A DNA stretch of 64,000 bases, taken from contig CBDBHE010000007.1 of NCBI GenBank assembly GCA_965205605.1, positions 1-64,000 of the forward strand, read 5' to 3'. The position numbers and the translations under genes were made by a program. Numbering within the stretch: position 1 is the stretch's first letter; each line of letters starts with the position of its first letter. This stretch comes from Spirochaetota bacterium. Its GTDB lineage: Bacteria; Spirochaetota; UBA12135; COTS27; CBDBHE01. The notes beneath the pieces were generated by a model. The model saw only the letters and a list, made by a program, of their open reading frames with translations, had not been told where the DNA came from and made no database searches. This document shows positions 29,708 through 39,958 of the stretch, in pieces.

Positions 29708-30277
29708 TTAAAAATTCTTTTTAATTTTAATCAATAAGGCATTATTGTAAATATCAGCAAAAGATTTTGCTGTTTGGTAACTAGTGGCTTGTGTTGAAAA
29801 TAACTCTAAACTGATTAAACCAAAAATAGGTGCTACCACAGAAGAAAGTCCACAACCTATTAATGTAAAGGGGAGTATGTCACTGGTAAAGGTAGTAGAA
29901 TGTATATCAGGTTTAGAAAGAAAAGGAATGACTATAAAAGCAATCCCTCCAATAAAAGTGCCCCATCCAGTTAAACCAAAAGACGAGGCTAACTCTTCTT
30001 TATTTTTTGCTCTTTTATAATATTCATTATCACCCACTATTTTGTAAAAAGTACTTTCATTAAGAAACAAATTGTTTTTAGACACATTCCATCTTTCAAC
30101 CTCTACAGAGCTGCCTCCTCCATAATATTTTCCTGTATAAAAAAATGTTTGTGTTTTTCTAAGCAGATTTACATCCAATCTTTGTTTTATAAATTTTATT
30201 TGTTGTTCTGGTGTTAAGTTTTGACTATAAACAAATCCACTCCATATCAAACTAACAATTAATATGATTTTTTTCAT
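29708..30277 (-). CDS. Hypothetical exported/membrane protein
   Basis: Signal peptide MKKIILIVSLIW, two C-terminal TM helices, AAGGAG RBS. Confidence 0.65.
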   Translation of the reverse strand: MKKIILIVSLIWSGFVYSQNLTPEQQIKFIKQRLDVNLLRKTQTFFYTGKYYGGGSSVEVERWNVSKNNLFLNESTFYKIVGDNEYYKRAKNKEELASSFGLTGWGTFIGGIAFIVIPFLSKPDIHSTTFTSDILPFTLIGCGLSSVVAPIFGLISLELFSTQATSYQTAKSFADIYNNALLIKIKKNF

Positions 30278-30317
30278 TGTAATTCTCCTTTATTAATATA
30301 CAAAAATTAAAAAAAAA

Positions 30318-30401
30318 TACCGAAAGAGGGACTCGAACCCTCATGAAGTCGCCCTCGGTGGATTTTGAATCCACTGCGTCTACCAATTCCGCCATTTCGG
30401 C
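30318..30401 (-). tRNA. tRNA-Leu (anticodon CAA)
   Basis: Reverse complement GCCGAAATGGCGGAATTGGTAGACGCAGTGGATTCAAAATCCACCGAGGGCGACTTCATGAGGGTTCGAGTCCCTCTTTCGGTA gives a cloverleaf with long variable arm; CCA not encoded. Confidence 0.97.
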
Positions 30402-30407
30402 AAAAAG

Positions 30408-30425
30408 TATCAAAATTAATTGAAA
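30408..30425. promoter_or_regulatory. Putative SahR-type operator (ATCAA-N6-TTGAA)
   Basis: TATCAAAATTAATTGAAA imperfect palindrome about 35 bp upstream of the ArsR-methyltransferase gene; fits the recalled SahR consensus ATCAA-N6-TTGAT with one mismatch. Confidence 0.45.
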
Positions 30426-30427
30426 TG

Positions 30428-30456
30428 ATTGTATTATGAAAATAAAGCTTAATCAA
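30428..30456 (-). promoter_or_regulatory. Putative sigma70 promoter of tRNA-Leu
   Basis: Minus strand TTGATT-17 bp-TACAAT upstream of the tRNA 5' end. Confidence 0.55.
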
Positions 30457-30460
30457 AAAA

Positions 30461-31405
30461 ATGAAAAATAAAGAGTTTCTCGGTATTTACAAAATTTTAA
30501 GTGATGAAAGTCGATTTCGTATTATTAATATTTTAAATCAAGAAGAACTCACTGTTTCAGAAATACAAAAAATCTTAAAAGTCACTCAATCAGGACTCTC
30601 TTCTAATTTAGCCCTGATGCGAAAAGCTAATATTGTCATTAGCCGTAAAGATGGCAAACAAGTTTTTTATCATATAGACAGTAAAGCTTTTTGTAAAGAA
30701 ATTGAAATTATTTTAGAAAATTCGTATAAAATAGCCAAAAAAATGGCCTGGTACCAAAGAGATAAGCGTCTTTTAAATCAGATCATTCAACTAAGAAGAG
30801 AAGACACTTTAAATTATTTTAATACTAAGTCAAATCAAAACAAAAGATCCCCGGGCCAAACTTGGCAATTGCTTTTTCAAGGAATTCGATTTTTAATTAG
30901 TGGGAAGAAAATCGCTGATTTTGGTTGTGGGAATGGGCACTTATCTTTTATGCTAGCAAAAGCAGGTAATGACGTTTGGGGGATTGATGATTCAAAAGAG
31001 CAAATAAAATTAGCCAATGAACTTTATGAAAAAAAAAAGGATTTAAAAGGAAGCTCCCTTGAGTTTTTATGTCAAAATATGGAAAAAACAACATTAGAAA
31101 ATAACTATTTGGATATTATTATCTATTCACATTCTCTCCATCACGTATCAAGACCTAATGCCGCTCTCAAAGAAGCTCATCGTATCTTAAAAAAAAATGG
31201 AAAAATCATCATCTTAGACGTTCACAAGCATGAAGAAGAATGGATGCGTAATTTTTATGGAGATTTTTGGTTGGGGCTAGATCCAAATCAATTGCATCAA
31301 TCCCTATCTAAAATAGGATTTACTGAGATTTTTCATCAAATTTTAGAACCTTCTAAAAAAAATCCTGAAATCGAACCCATGCTAATCGTTGCCAAAAAAA
31401 AATAA
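30461..31405 (+). CDS. ArsR-family HTH fused to class I SAM-binding methyltransferase fold (SahR-like regulator)
   Basis: LSDESRFRII..L...ELTVSEI...L.VTQSGLSSNL..MR.A..V..RKDG..VFY; ADFGCGNG; SLHH...P..ALKEA.RILK..G; YGDFWLG. Confidence 0.85.
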   Translation: MKNKEFLGIYKILSDESRFRIINILNQEELTVSEIQKILKVTQSGLSSNLALMRKANIVISRKDGKQVFYHIDSKAFCKEIEIILENSYKIAKKMAWYQRDKRLLNQIIQLRREDTLNYFNTKSNQNKRSPGQTWQLLFQGIRFLISGKKIADFGCGNGHLSFMLAKAGNDVWGIDDSKEQIKLANELYEKKKDLKGSSLEFLCQNMEKTTLENNYLDIIIYSHSLHHVSRPNAALKEAHRILKKNGKIIILDVHKHEEEWMRNFYGDFWLGLDPNQLHQSLSKIGFTEIFHQILEPSKKNPEIEPMLIVAKKK

Positions 31406-31443
31406 CTTGATTTACTTGCCATTAAAAACAAATTATATAATCG

Positions 31444-34400
31444 ATGTCTCTATATTTTTATAGCTCTAATCAAGCGACTCATCTCATTTCTAATTTTAAC
31501 GATAATTTAAAAAAACCACTTTTTAAACCTTTAGAAAAAGAAATTGTCTTAATTCAAAGTCAAGCTATGCAAGATTGGTTGTCTATGCAATTAGCTGAAA
31601 AAAATACGATTTGCATTAATACATTATTTTTATTTCCAGAGTCTTTTTTACAAAAAATACTACCAGAAGAAGCTCTTGAAAATCCTTATGAGGTCCCTTA
31701 TTTAAGGTGGACCTTAATGAAAATTATTGGAAATTTACCTCAAAAAGAAGAATTTAGTTTTTTTTCAAACTTCTTAAAAAAAGAAAAAAATGACAAAATT
31801 CTTTTTAACTTATCTAAAGAACTAGCCAATCTTTATGGTCAATATCTAACTTTTCGACCTGACCTAATTTTAAAATGGGAAACTTCAAAAAAAGCCACTC
31901 ATTGGCAAGAAGCATTGTGGAAAGAAATCGCTAAAGAAATAAACGCAAAACACAAAGCTCATTTAAGAAACAAATTACTTTTGATGCTAAAAAATAAAGA
32001 TACTTCTTTAGATTTGCCTGGGAGGCTTTCTGTTTTTGGCGTTTCATTTTTACCTTCTATTTTCATTAAGATTTTAAAAGAAATCAGTGTTTATATTGAT
32101 GTTTTTATTTACTTTATAAACCCTTTTGAAAAGGATGCTAAAAGCAACGCGCACCCTTTCATCAATGATTTAAAGGAGCAGGGAAAAGCATTAAAAGAAA
32201 CGTGGTTAGAAGGGAGTCAAAACAATACCCAAGATTATCAACTATCAAATGAAATTTCAATTTTAAACTTTTTTAAACAATACTTACTAGAAAACAAAAA
32301 AATGGATTCAAAGTCCTTAAATCAATTTTTAACAAATCAAGATCCTTCCATACAGATTCACCAATGCAGTAGCTTGCTAAGAGAAGTAGAAATTCTTCAC
32401 CACCAATTACTTTATTTTTTTAATCATTTACCAAATCTCAAACCAAATGAAATCGTTGTTATTGCCCCTGAAATCGAACTTTACAGAAATTCAATTGAAG
32501 CAGTCTTTTCTAATACAGAAGATGAATCCATGCTAATTCCTCATACGATTTCTCAACATGAGTCTAAAGAAGAAAATAAAGTAATTGAAAGCTTTATTTC
32601 TTTTTTAAACCTGATAAAAGCAAGAGTCACGCTTAATGAGATTTTTGATTTTTTAGAAATAGAAAATGTTAGATTGCGATTTAATTTTTCTGAAAAAGAG
32701 ATTGAAAATTTAAAATATCATTTTCAAAAAGCTGGTGCAAGATGGGGATATGGTGAAGAAAGAGAAGAGAATTTACCAAGTTTTAAAGAAAATTCATGGA
32801 GTTTTGCCATTGAAAGACTTTTAGTTAAGTATAGTTTTTTAAGCGAAAAACATCATTATTTTCAAGGAATATTACCGGTAGAAACAGAAGTTGGTAACGA
32901 TGAAGAGGAAGGTATTGCTAAATTAGCTTTTTTTTTAGATTTTATTTTTGAAACCAAAAAAAAATGGTCTGAAAAAGCAACTTTAAGTGAGTGGAAAAAG
33001 CGTTTTGAAAGTATAAGTGAAAATTATTTGGTAAACTCTTTTTTAAATCAAGAGCATCTTTATTTAACTGAAAAATTTCAAAAATTAAAAGATGTCGAGA
33101 AAATTGCTAATTTTAAAGAACCCGTTTCTTTTGACGTTGCCAGTAAATATGCTTTAGAGTTATTGTCTCGTATCAAAAACTCAAGTGTTTTTTTTAGAGG
33201 GACTGTTACTTTCTCTTCTGCCCTTCCTATAAGAAGCCTCCCTTTTAAAATCATTTGTTTCATTGGACTCAATGGAGGAAAAAAATCAGATGAACTTGCT
33301 TTTCCCAGAAAAGACAACACTTTTTCTTTTAATTTAATCAAGCAAAACCCTAGAAAAGGGGATCGTTCTAAAAAAAAAGATGATGAATATCTTTTTTTAG
33401 AATCATTTATAGCCGCTTCTAGTATTTTTTACATAAGCTATAACAGGGAAAATAATTTTAATAAAAACCAATCATTCCCTTCCAATATTGTTTTAAATTA
33501 CCTCGAAGCTTTTAAAGAAATGTTTCCCCAAGAAAAGCAAACTTTCGCTTTAGAAAAAATTTGCCACAAACATCCTTCGTATGGCTTTGACAAAGAATAT
33601 TTTATTAAAAACAGTCCTCTTAAAAATTTCTCCAAAGAAGATTATTTGATTTCAAAACAGCTTAATGAAACCAAGCCAAAAAAACAAAACAACCCTAAAA
33701 AAGAGACCTCAAAAAAAAAAAAATTATTAAATGAAAATAAAAAAACTTTAATTTCTCTAGAAGAAATGCTTTTATTTTTTTCAAACCCTTGTAAATTTTT
33801 TTATAAAAACACATTAAACACAACCCTCTATAAACCAAGAGAAGAAGAAAAAGAAGAAGAACCTTTTGAAATTAATTTTTTAACTACTTATCAAATAGCA
33901 GAAGAAATGATTAACCGGACTGAGGGCATCAAATCTTTTAAAGAAGAATATCGTTATTTTTTATCTCAAGGCAAACTTCCTATCGGAATTATGGGAGAAA
34001 AAAAGTTTCAAAAAATTTATCAAGAAGTAAAAAAATATTTAAAAACCTTAGAAATTTATAAGAAAAAAGAAACGGTTATAATAGATTGTGACTTTGAAAA
34101 CTATCATCTAAAAGGGAATACTTTTTATTTTGATCAAACTATATTTCTTTATCATCAATTTGCAAAATTTAAAAAAAAATATTTTCTTTATGCATGGCTT
34201 CCAGTCCTTTTTTTACAAGCACAAGAAAGAAAAAAAATCTTTGTTTCAAGAATTGTAAGTAAAGATAAAGAATGTTTTTTAAATCTAAAAGGAGGTGAAG
34301 AAAATCATTTATTAAAGCTAATCGATCTTTTTTTAGAAGGAAAAAACAAACCCATCCCTTTTTTCACAGAAGCTTCTTATCTCTATGCTCATGAAAAACA

Positions 34401-34611
34401 AGGTAAGAAAAAAAATCATTATGAAGTAATTAAAAAAGTTAAAAGTAAATTTGACAATCAAAACAAATTTAACAAAGAAAGCAAAAATCTTAGGCAAGAT
34501 CCTTACATTAATCTAGCTTATAAAGACCAAGAGCTTTTTAGTTCATCTTTTGAGACCATTGCTGATCTTGTTTATCAACCAATTATCCAATCTAGCAGTA
34601 AAATAAAATGA
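31444..34611 (+). CDS. recC: Exodeoxyribonuclease V gamma subunit
   Basis: SN...L, P...EIVLIQS..MQDWL, LY.QYL.FRPD, S.LREVEILH, IVVIAPEIE.Y, RSLPFKII..IGLN, FFSNP. Confidence 0.9.
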   Translation: MSLYFYSSNQATHLISNFNDNLKKPLFKPLEKEIVLIQSQAMQDWLSMQLAEKNTICINTLFLFPESFLQKILPEEALENPYEVPYLRWTLMKIIGNLPQKEEFSFFSNFLKKEKNDKILFNLSKELANLYGQYLTFRPDLILKWETSKKATHWQEALWKEIAKEINAKHKAHLRNKLLLMLKNKDTSLDLPGRLSVFGVSFLPSIFIKILKEISVYIDVFIYFINPFEKDAKSNAHPFINDLKEQGKALKETWLEGSQNNTQDYQLSNEISILNFFKQYLLENKKMDSKSLNQFLTNQDPSIQIHQCSSLLREVEILHHQLLYFFNHLPNLKPNEIVVIAPEIELYRNSIEAVFSNTEDESMLIPHTISQHESKEENKVIESFISFLNLIKARVTLNEIFDFLEIENVRLRFNFSEKEIENLKYHFQKAGARWGYGEEREENLPSFKENSWSFAIERLLVKYSFLSEKHHYFQGILPVETEVGNDEEEGIAKLAFFLDFIFETKKKWSEKATLSEWKKRFESISENYLVNSFLNQEHLYLTEKFQKLKDVEKIANFKEPVSFDVASKYALELLSRIKNSSVFFRGTVTFSSALPIRSLPFKIICFIGLNGGKKSDELAFPRKDNTFSFNLIKQNPRKGDRSKKKDDEYLFLESFIAASSIFYISYNRENNFNKNQSFPSNIVLNYLEAFKEMFPQEKQTFALEKICHKHPSYGFDKEYFIKNSPLKNFSKEDYLISKQLNETKPKKQNNPKKETSKKKKLLNENKKTLISLEEMLLFFSNPCKFFYKNTLNTTLYKPREEEKEEEPFEINFLTTYQIAEEMINRTEGIKSFKEEYRYFLSQGKLPIGIMGEKKFQKIYQEVKKYLKTLEIYKKKETVIIDCDFENYHLKGNTFYFDQTIFLYHQFAKFKKKYFLYAWLPVLFLQAQERKKIFVSRIVSKDKECFLNLKGGEENHLLKLIDLFLEGKNKPIPFFTEASYLYAHEKQGKKKNHYEVIKKVKSKFDNQNKFNKESKNLRQDPYINLAYKDQELFSSSFETIADLVYQPIIQSSSKIK

Positions 34612-37600
34612 AGCCTCTTAATCTTTTTTCTTGTCCTTTAGAAAAACCACTCCTTATAGAAGCCAGTGCTGGGACAGGAAAAACTTATACTTTATCTGTT
34701 TTAGTGGTCAGGCTACTTTTAGAAAAAAAACATTCTATAAAAGAAATTTTAATCACTACTTACACTAATGCTGCCTGTGAAGAAATCAAAATAAGAATAA
34801 GAAACATCTTAATTAGTCTACAAGTTATTTTAAAAGAAAACAATTCTATCAAAAAAGATGCTTTTTTAGATCATTATAAAAAAATAATTTTACATTTAAA
34901 TGAAAGTGAAAAAAAAAAACACCTAAGCTTAGTTACTCAAGCTTTAAAAGATCTCGACGACACCCTTATTGGGACGATTCATCATATTGGGATGCATCTT
35001 TTATCAGAGTTTAGTTTTGAAAGTGGTTTGAATTTACAATCTCCTAGAATAGAAGAATCAAAACAATGGATCGAAAAAGCAATTAAAGATTTTTGGAGAC
35101 ATTATTTTTATACAACAAAAGATGTTGATTTTGCTCATTATTTAATGGAAGAAGCAAAAATTAATTCCCCAGAATGTCTTTTTAATTTCGTAAAAAATTT
35201 CTTTTTAAAAGAATACCTTTTATTACCTTCCTTGGAAAGTTTAAAAAAAAGAAAAACAAAATCAAAAAAAAATGAATGGTTTAAAATTTGGGATCAGTTT
35301 TGTTGCTATTGGAAAAAAAATAGAAAAGAACTTTCTAAGCTGGTTTCAAATTTAAGAAAAGTAGAAGCAGAAAAAATCTTAAAAGAAGGTGATGAGTGGA
35401 CTCAAATCAATCAAATCCCAGTAAATCTCCCAAAATCATTTGAAAATAAAAAGCTCTTAAAACTCAAAACAAAAGAAGCCTTCAAAACACACTCTTTTTT
35501 TTATTTCCTTGAAACATTACAAACCCTTATTCTAAACATCAAAAAAGAACATTTCCTCAAAATGCTTTTTTTAAAACATGAATTGCTTATTTATGTCAAA
35601 AAAAGAATTGCCTTTTTTAAAGAAAAATGGGACTGGCAAGATTATAATGATCCTTTAGAAACATTAAGACACTCCCTTCTTACAAAAAAAAATGAAGCCA
35701 TCACTAAAGAAATACAAGCAAAGTATCAAGTCGCTTTTATTGATGAATTTCAAGACACTAATGCTTCCCAATATGAAATCTTTTTTCATTTATTTGGACA
35801 AAAAAAATTATTCCTTATCGGCGATCCCAAGCAGTCTATTTTTGAATTTCAAGGAGCAAATATTTATACTTATTTGAAAGCCAAAAAAGAAATTAAACTT
35901 CATTACACCTTAAAAAAAAACTGGCGTTCTTCTAAAAATCTTTTACAAGGCCTCAATTGTCTCTTCTCTGAAATAAAAAACCCCTTCAAAATAAAAGAAA
36001 TCCCCTTTGTTTCTTTAGACCCTTCTTTAGAAATTTCTCCTTTAATTAAAAATGGTCTCGAAGAGACAAAGCCTATTAAGATTCATTACCTCCTTAAAGA
36101 AGAAAACAATCTCTCAAAAAAAATAGCCAATGAAAAAATCTATCAACTCATCACCCATGAAATTACCAAGCTTTTAAAAAAAAGATCTTCTATTACTTTT
36201 GCTAACAAAGCATTAAAGCCAAACGACATCGCTGTCCTCGTACGAACAAACGAACAAATCCTTTCTTTTAAGAAATACTTTGAAAAAGCAAATATTCCTT
36301 ATCAGGCAACCACTCAAGAAGACCCTTTTAAAACAGAAGAAGCCGAAAATCTACTTCATTTTTTAAAAAGTGTTTATGACAATCACAAAGAAGATTTGCT
36401 TAAGGGTTCATTAGCAGGTCCTTTTTTTGATTATTCAAACGAAAAAATAAAAAATGAACTTGAAAATCAAGCTATCCTCTTTAAAACTTATAAACAACTT
36501 TGGAAAGAAAAAGGGTTTATGGCAATGATTAAAAAATGGATTCAAGACAGTCATCTAAGATCACATCTTTTAAAAACCAATATGGGAAAAAATAAACTAT
36601 CTAATTTTTTAACTTTAATTGAAATTTTAAACCTTCATCATTTCAAAAAGAAAACCAATGCTTTATCGTTATTAAATTATTTTGAAAAAAAAATAAACAC
36701 AAAAGTAAAAACATCTCAAGACGATCTCCTCGAAAATCAAAAACAAATTTATCAAGAAGGGGTTATTTTAAGCACCATCCATAAAAGCAAAGGCCTTGAG
36801 TATCCAATGGTTTATTGTCCTTTTTTATGGGATAAAATAGATCCTACTAATAAAGAAAAAGCAATTTCTTTTTACGATTTAAAAGAAGAAAAATTTACTT
36901 ATTATTTCGATAGCGAAAACAATCAGTACCAACAATACAAAGAAAAAGAAGAAGAACAAACATTTCATGAAAGTACAAGACTTTTATATGTGGGGATGAC
37001 AAGGGCAAAATATCAACTTTCTATTATTTATGGAAATATTAATAAAAGTGAAAAATCAGCTTTATTTAATCTACTAAAACCTTACCATCAAAAAGAAAAA
37101 GAAAAGGATGAAATGATAGAAGACTTCTTTAATATTTCTTTGTTAAAGCAAAAAAATCCTTTTATAGAAGTCATTCTCGAAAATCAAACTCTAAAAGAAT
37201 CTCCACTAAAAGAAAGTAAAACAAATCTAGAATATTTAGAAAAACCTCCTGCATTAAAAAAAATTGAAAAAAAATTTCAAATTGGAAGTTTTTCTTCTTG
37301 GATTCATGGAATCGAAGAACACAAATTAAATAAAGAAGACGATCAAGAAGACCCTTTGTCTCCTTTTAATGAAGACTTAGAAAATGAAGATAGTATTTTT
37401 TCTCTTCCAAAAGGAATCTTTATGGGAAAACTCTTTCATTCTCTTTTAGAAGAATGGGTTGTTTTAAAAAATGAAAAAGAGATTTTTAAAAAAAAAATTA
37501 AAGAAGTGTGTCTTAAAAAAGGAATTAGTAAACTCAATGAACAAAAAATTAAAATAATTTTAAAAAGAGCCACTTCTCTTTACTTGAAATCTCCTGAAGA

Positions 37601-38102
37601 AAATTACTTTTCTCTTAAAGACATTAATTCAAAAGAGATGGTAAGTGAAATGGGGTTTATTTATCCTCTTAAAAAAGCCAATTTTGATTTCGTAAAAAAA
37701 TTTTTCTTACAACAAGAAATGCTTAAGTCGTTTAGGATTTCAAAAGGATTTTTCAAAGGATTTATTGATCTTGTGTTCAAAAAAGAAAAACGCTACTATT
37801 TAATTGACTGGAAAAGCAATTATCTTGGTAATCAATTTGAAAATTATGAAAACAAATTTTTAAAACAAGCCATGGAAAAATATCATTATTTTATTCAAGC
37901 TTCTATGTATTTACTCGCTCTTCATCTTTATTTAAAAAATAAACTACAACATTATGATTATCAAAAAGATATAGGAGGAATTTATTATATTTTCTTAAGG
38001 GGCCTTAAGGAAGAAAATCAAAAAAAAAATCAAAACGGTATTTTTTACTTTAATCCAGGAAAAAAAATCATTGAGATCCTAGAAAGAGAATTGATTAAAT
38101 GA
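34608..38102 (+). CDS. recB: Exodeoxyribonuclease V beta subunit
   Basis: IEASAGTGKT, IDEFQDT, IGDPKQSI, NWRS, TIHKSKGLEY, LYVGMTRA; nuclease GFIDLVF...YYLIDWKSN. Confidence 0.95.
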   Translation: MKPLNLFSCPLEKPLLIEASAGTGKTYTLSVLVVRLLLEKKHSIKEILITTYTNAACEEIKIRIRNILISLQVILKENNSIKKDAFLDHYKKIILHLNESEKKKHLSLVTQALKDLDDTLIGTIHHIGMHLLSEFSFESGLNLQSPRIEESKQWIEKAIKDFWRHYFYTTKDVDFAHYLMEEAKINSPECLFNFVKNFFLKEYLLLPSLESLKKRKTKSKKNEWFKIWDQFCCYWKKNRKELSKLVSNLRKVEAEKILKEGDEWTQINQIPVNLPKSFENKKLLKLKTKEAFKTHSFFYFLETLQTLILNIKKEHFLKMLFLKHELLIYVKKRIAFFKEKWDWQDYNDPLETLRHSLLTKKNEAITKEIQAKYQVAFIDEFQDTNASQYEIFFHLFGQKKLFLIGDPKQSIFEFQGANIYTYLKAKKEIKLHYTLKKNWRSSKNLLQGLNCLFSEIKNPFKIKEIPFVSLDPSLEISPLIKNGLEETKPIKIHYLLKEENNLSKKIANEKIYQLITHEITKLLKKRSSITFANKALKPNDIAVLVRTNEQILSFKKYFEKANIPYQATTQEDPFKTEEAENLLHFLKSVYDNHKEDLLKGSLAGPFFDYSNEKIKNELENQAILFKTYKQLWKEKGFMAMIKKWIQDSHLRSHLLKTNMGKNKLSNFLTLIEILNLHHFKKKTNALSLLNYFEKKINTKVKTSQDDLLENQKQIYQEGVILSTIHKSKGLEYPMVYCPFLWDKIDPTNKEKAISFYDLKEEKFTYYFDSENNQYQQYKEKEEEQTFHESTRLLYVGMTRAKYQLSIIYGNINKSEKSALFNLLKPYHQKEKEKDEMIEDFFNISLLKQKNPFIEVILENQTLKESPLKESKTNLEYLEKPPALKKIEKKFQIGSFSSWIHGIEEHKLNKEDDQEDPLSPFNEDLENEDSIFSLPKGIFMGKLFHSLLEEWVVLKNEKEIFKKKIKEVCLKKGISKLNEQKIKIILKRATSLYLKSPEENYFSLKDINSKEMVSEMGFIYPLKKANFDFVKKFFLQQEMLKSFRISKGFFKGFIDLVFKKEKRYYLIDWKSNYLGNQFENYENKFLKQAMEKYHYFIQASMYLLALHLYLKNKLQHYDYQKDIGGIYYIFLRGLKEENQKKNQNGIFYFNPGKKIIEILERELIK

Positions 38103-39946
38103 CTTATTTTTCGAAAAATCTTTTTCAAAAAATGCCCCTTCTTAAAGAAGAGCACCGTTTTAATAATATGGATGCTTTATGGGCTAATTTTATTTGCTCA
38201 AAAACCCAAAAGCCAGATAATTTACTTTGGATCACAGCTGCTTTGACTAATTATCATAGTAGACAAGGCAATAGCTTTCTACCTTTAAATCATTATGCTA
38301 AAAAAAGTCTTTTTAAAGAAAATCATTCTTTTATTTTTCCAGACTTAGAAAATTGGACCTCTTATTTCAAAAAACACCCCAATATTATAGGAAAAGATCC
38401 CATGTTAAGCCCCTTAATTTTTGAAGAACCAGATTGTCTTTATAAACAGATTTACTATATTTTAGAAAAAAAATTAGCTTCTTTTTTTAAAAAAAGAAGT
38501 CAAAAAAAAAAAAACATTAACCATCATTTCAAAAAAACTTGGGAAGATTTTTTTTTACAAGACAACACCACTTCTGATGAACAAAAAATAGCTATTTACA
38601 CTGCTTTAACTCGATACTTAACCATCATTTCAGGATATCCCGGCACAGGTAAAACTACTATCATTTCAAAAATTATTTCACTTCACACCAAAATCAAAAA
38701 TCAAAATTATTTAAAAATTATTTTACTTGCACCCACAGGAAAAGCCGTCTCAAGGCTAAAAGAAACTTTTCAAATCGCAAACAAATCAAACTCTTTACAA
38801 GACTCCGTTTTTTCCATTATTAATGAAAAAATTTTGACCATTCATCGATTTTTAAAAAAATACAAAAAAAACCAACAGCTTAATATTAACGAAACCTTTG
38901 ATCTTCTCATTGTTGACGAAGTATCTATGGTTCCTCTTTCTTTAATGTATGAGCTAAGCTTGACTCTTCAAAAAGATACTCAATTAATTTTATTAGGAGA
39001 CAAAAATCAGCTTTTTTCTATTGAAGCAGCTTCTTTAATGAAAGATTTGACTTTTTTGAGTCAAAAAAATAGTTATTCAAAATCTTTTTTAGAAGAAATC
39101 AAACCTTTTGTTACAATCAAAGAAAATTTTTTAAAAAAAAATAAACCTAGTGTTTTAAAAGATAACCTTGTTTTACTAACAAACTCTTATCGATTTAAAG
39201 AAAAAAGTAATATTAACCGTTTGGCTTATTTAATTAATGAGCAAAAAATTGAATCTTTAAACCAACTTTTAAACGAAGAAAATACCTCACAACCCTTTTT
39301 CTATGAAATAAAAACACAAAATGACTTAAAAAAAACATTAGAAAAGCTTTTAATAGGGCACTATCAATCTTTTTTTAATCTTGTAAAAAAAAAAGACTAT
39401 CATGATTTATCTTCTTTTTTTGATTGGGGAATTTTGTGTGCTTTTAAAAAAGGGATATTTGGTGCTGAAAAAATTAATAATTTTATTGAACAACTTCTTT
39501 TTAAAAAAAAAATGATTGAAGCCGATTTATTTAAGAAAGAAAACCTTTATTATGAAGGCAAACCGATTATGATTATTGAAAATGATTATTCTTATAATCT
39601 TTTTAACGGGGATATCGGTTTTTTGTTAAAAAATAAAGATGGGAAAAAAGAAGCTTTTTTTGAAAAAAGTGGTGATCAATCTCAATTTTTTTCTCCTTAC
39701 CTTATTGGAAAATACCAATCGTTTTATGCAAGTACGGTCCATAAAAGTCAGGGGTCAGAATTTAATCATGTCATTTTTATTCTTCCAGAAAAAAACAATG
39801 ATTTATTAACCAAAGAGCTCATTTATACTGCTATCAGTCGAGCTAAAAAAAGCATAACTATTTTAGGAAAAAAAGAAGTCTTTATACAAGGAGTAAATCA
39901 AAAAATAAATCGTTCATCTAATCTCAGAAAAAAAATCGAAAACTAA
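38099..39946 (+). CDS. recD: Exodeoxyribonuclease V alpha subunit
   Basis: SGYPGTGKTT, APTGKA, VDEVSM, LGDKNQL, FNGDIG, TVHKSQGSEF, ELIYTAISRA. Confidence 0.95.
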   Translation: MTYFSKNLFQKMPLLKEEHRFNNMDALWANFICSKTQKPDNLLWITAALTNYHSRQGNSFLPLNHYAKKSLFKENHSFIFPDLENWTSYFKKHPNIIGKDPMLSPLIFEEPDCLYKQIYYILEKKLASFFKKRSQKKKNINHHFKKTWEDFFLQDNTTSDEQKIAIYTALTRYLTIISGYPGTGKTTIISKIISLHTKIKNQNYLKIILLAPTGKAVSRLKETFQIANKSNSLQDSVFSIINEKILTIHRFLKKYKKNQQLNINETFDLLIVDEVSMVPLSLMYELSLTLQKDTQLILLGDKNQLFSIEAASLMKDLTFLSQKNSYSKSFLEEIKPFVTIKENFLKKNKPSVLKDNLVLLTNSYRFKEKSNINRLAYLINEQKIESLNQLLNEENTSQPFFYEIKTQNDLKKTLEKLLIGHYQSFFNLVKKKDYHDLSSFFDWGILCAFKKGIFGAEKINNFIEQLLFKKKMIEADLFKKENLYYEGKPIMIIENDYSYNLFNGDIGFLLKNKDGKKEAFFEKSGDQSQFFSPYLIGKYQSFYASTVHKSQGSEFNHVIFILPEKNNDLLTKELIYTAISRAKKSITILGKKEVFIQGVNQKINRSSNLRKKIEN

Positions 39947-39958
39947 TTTTTAACCAAT

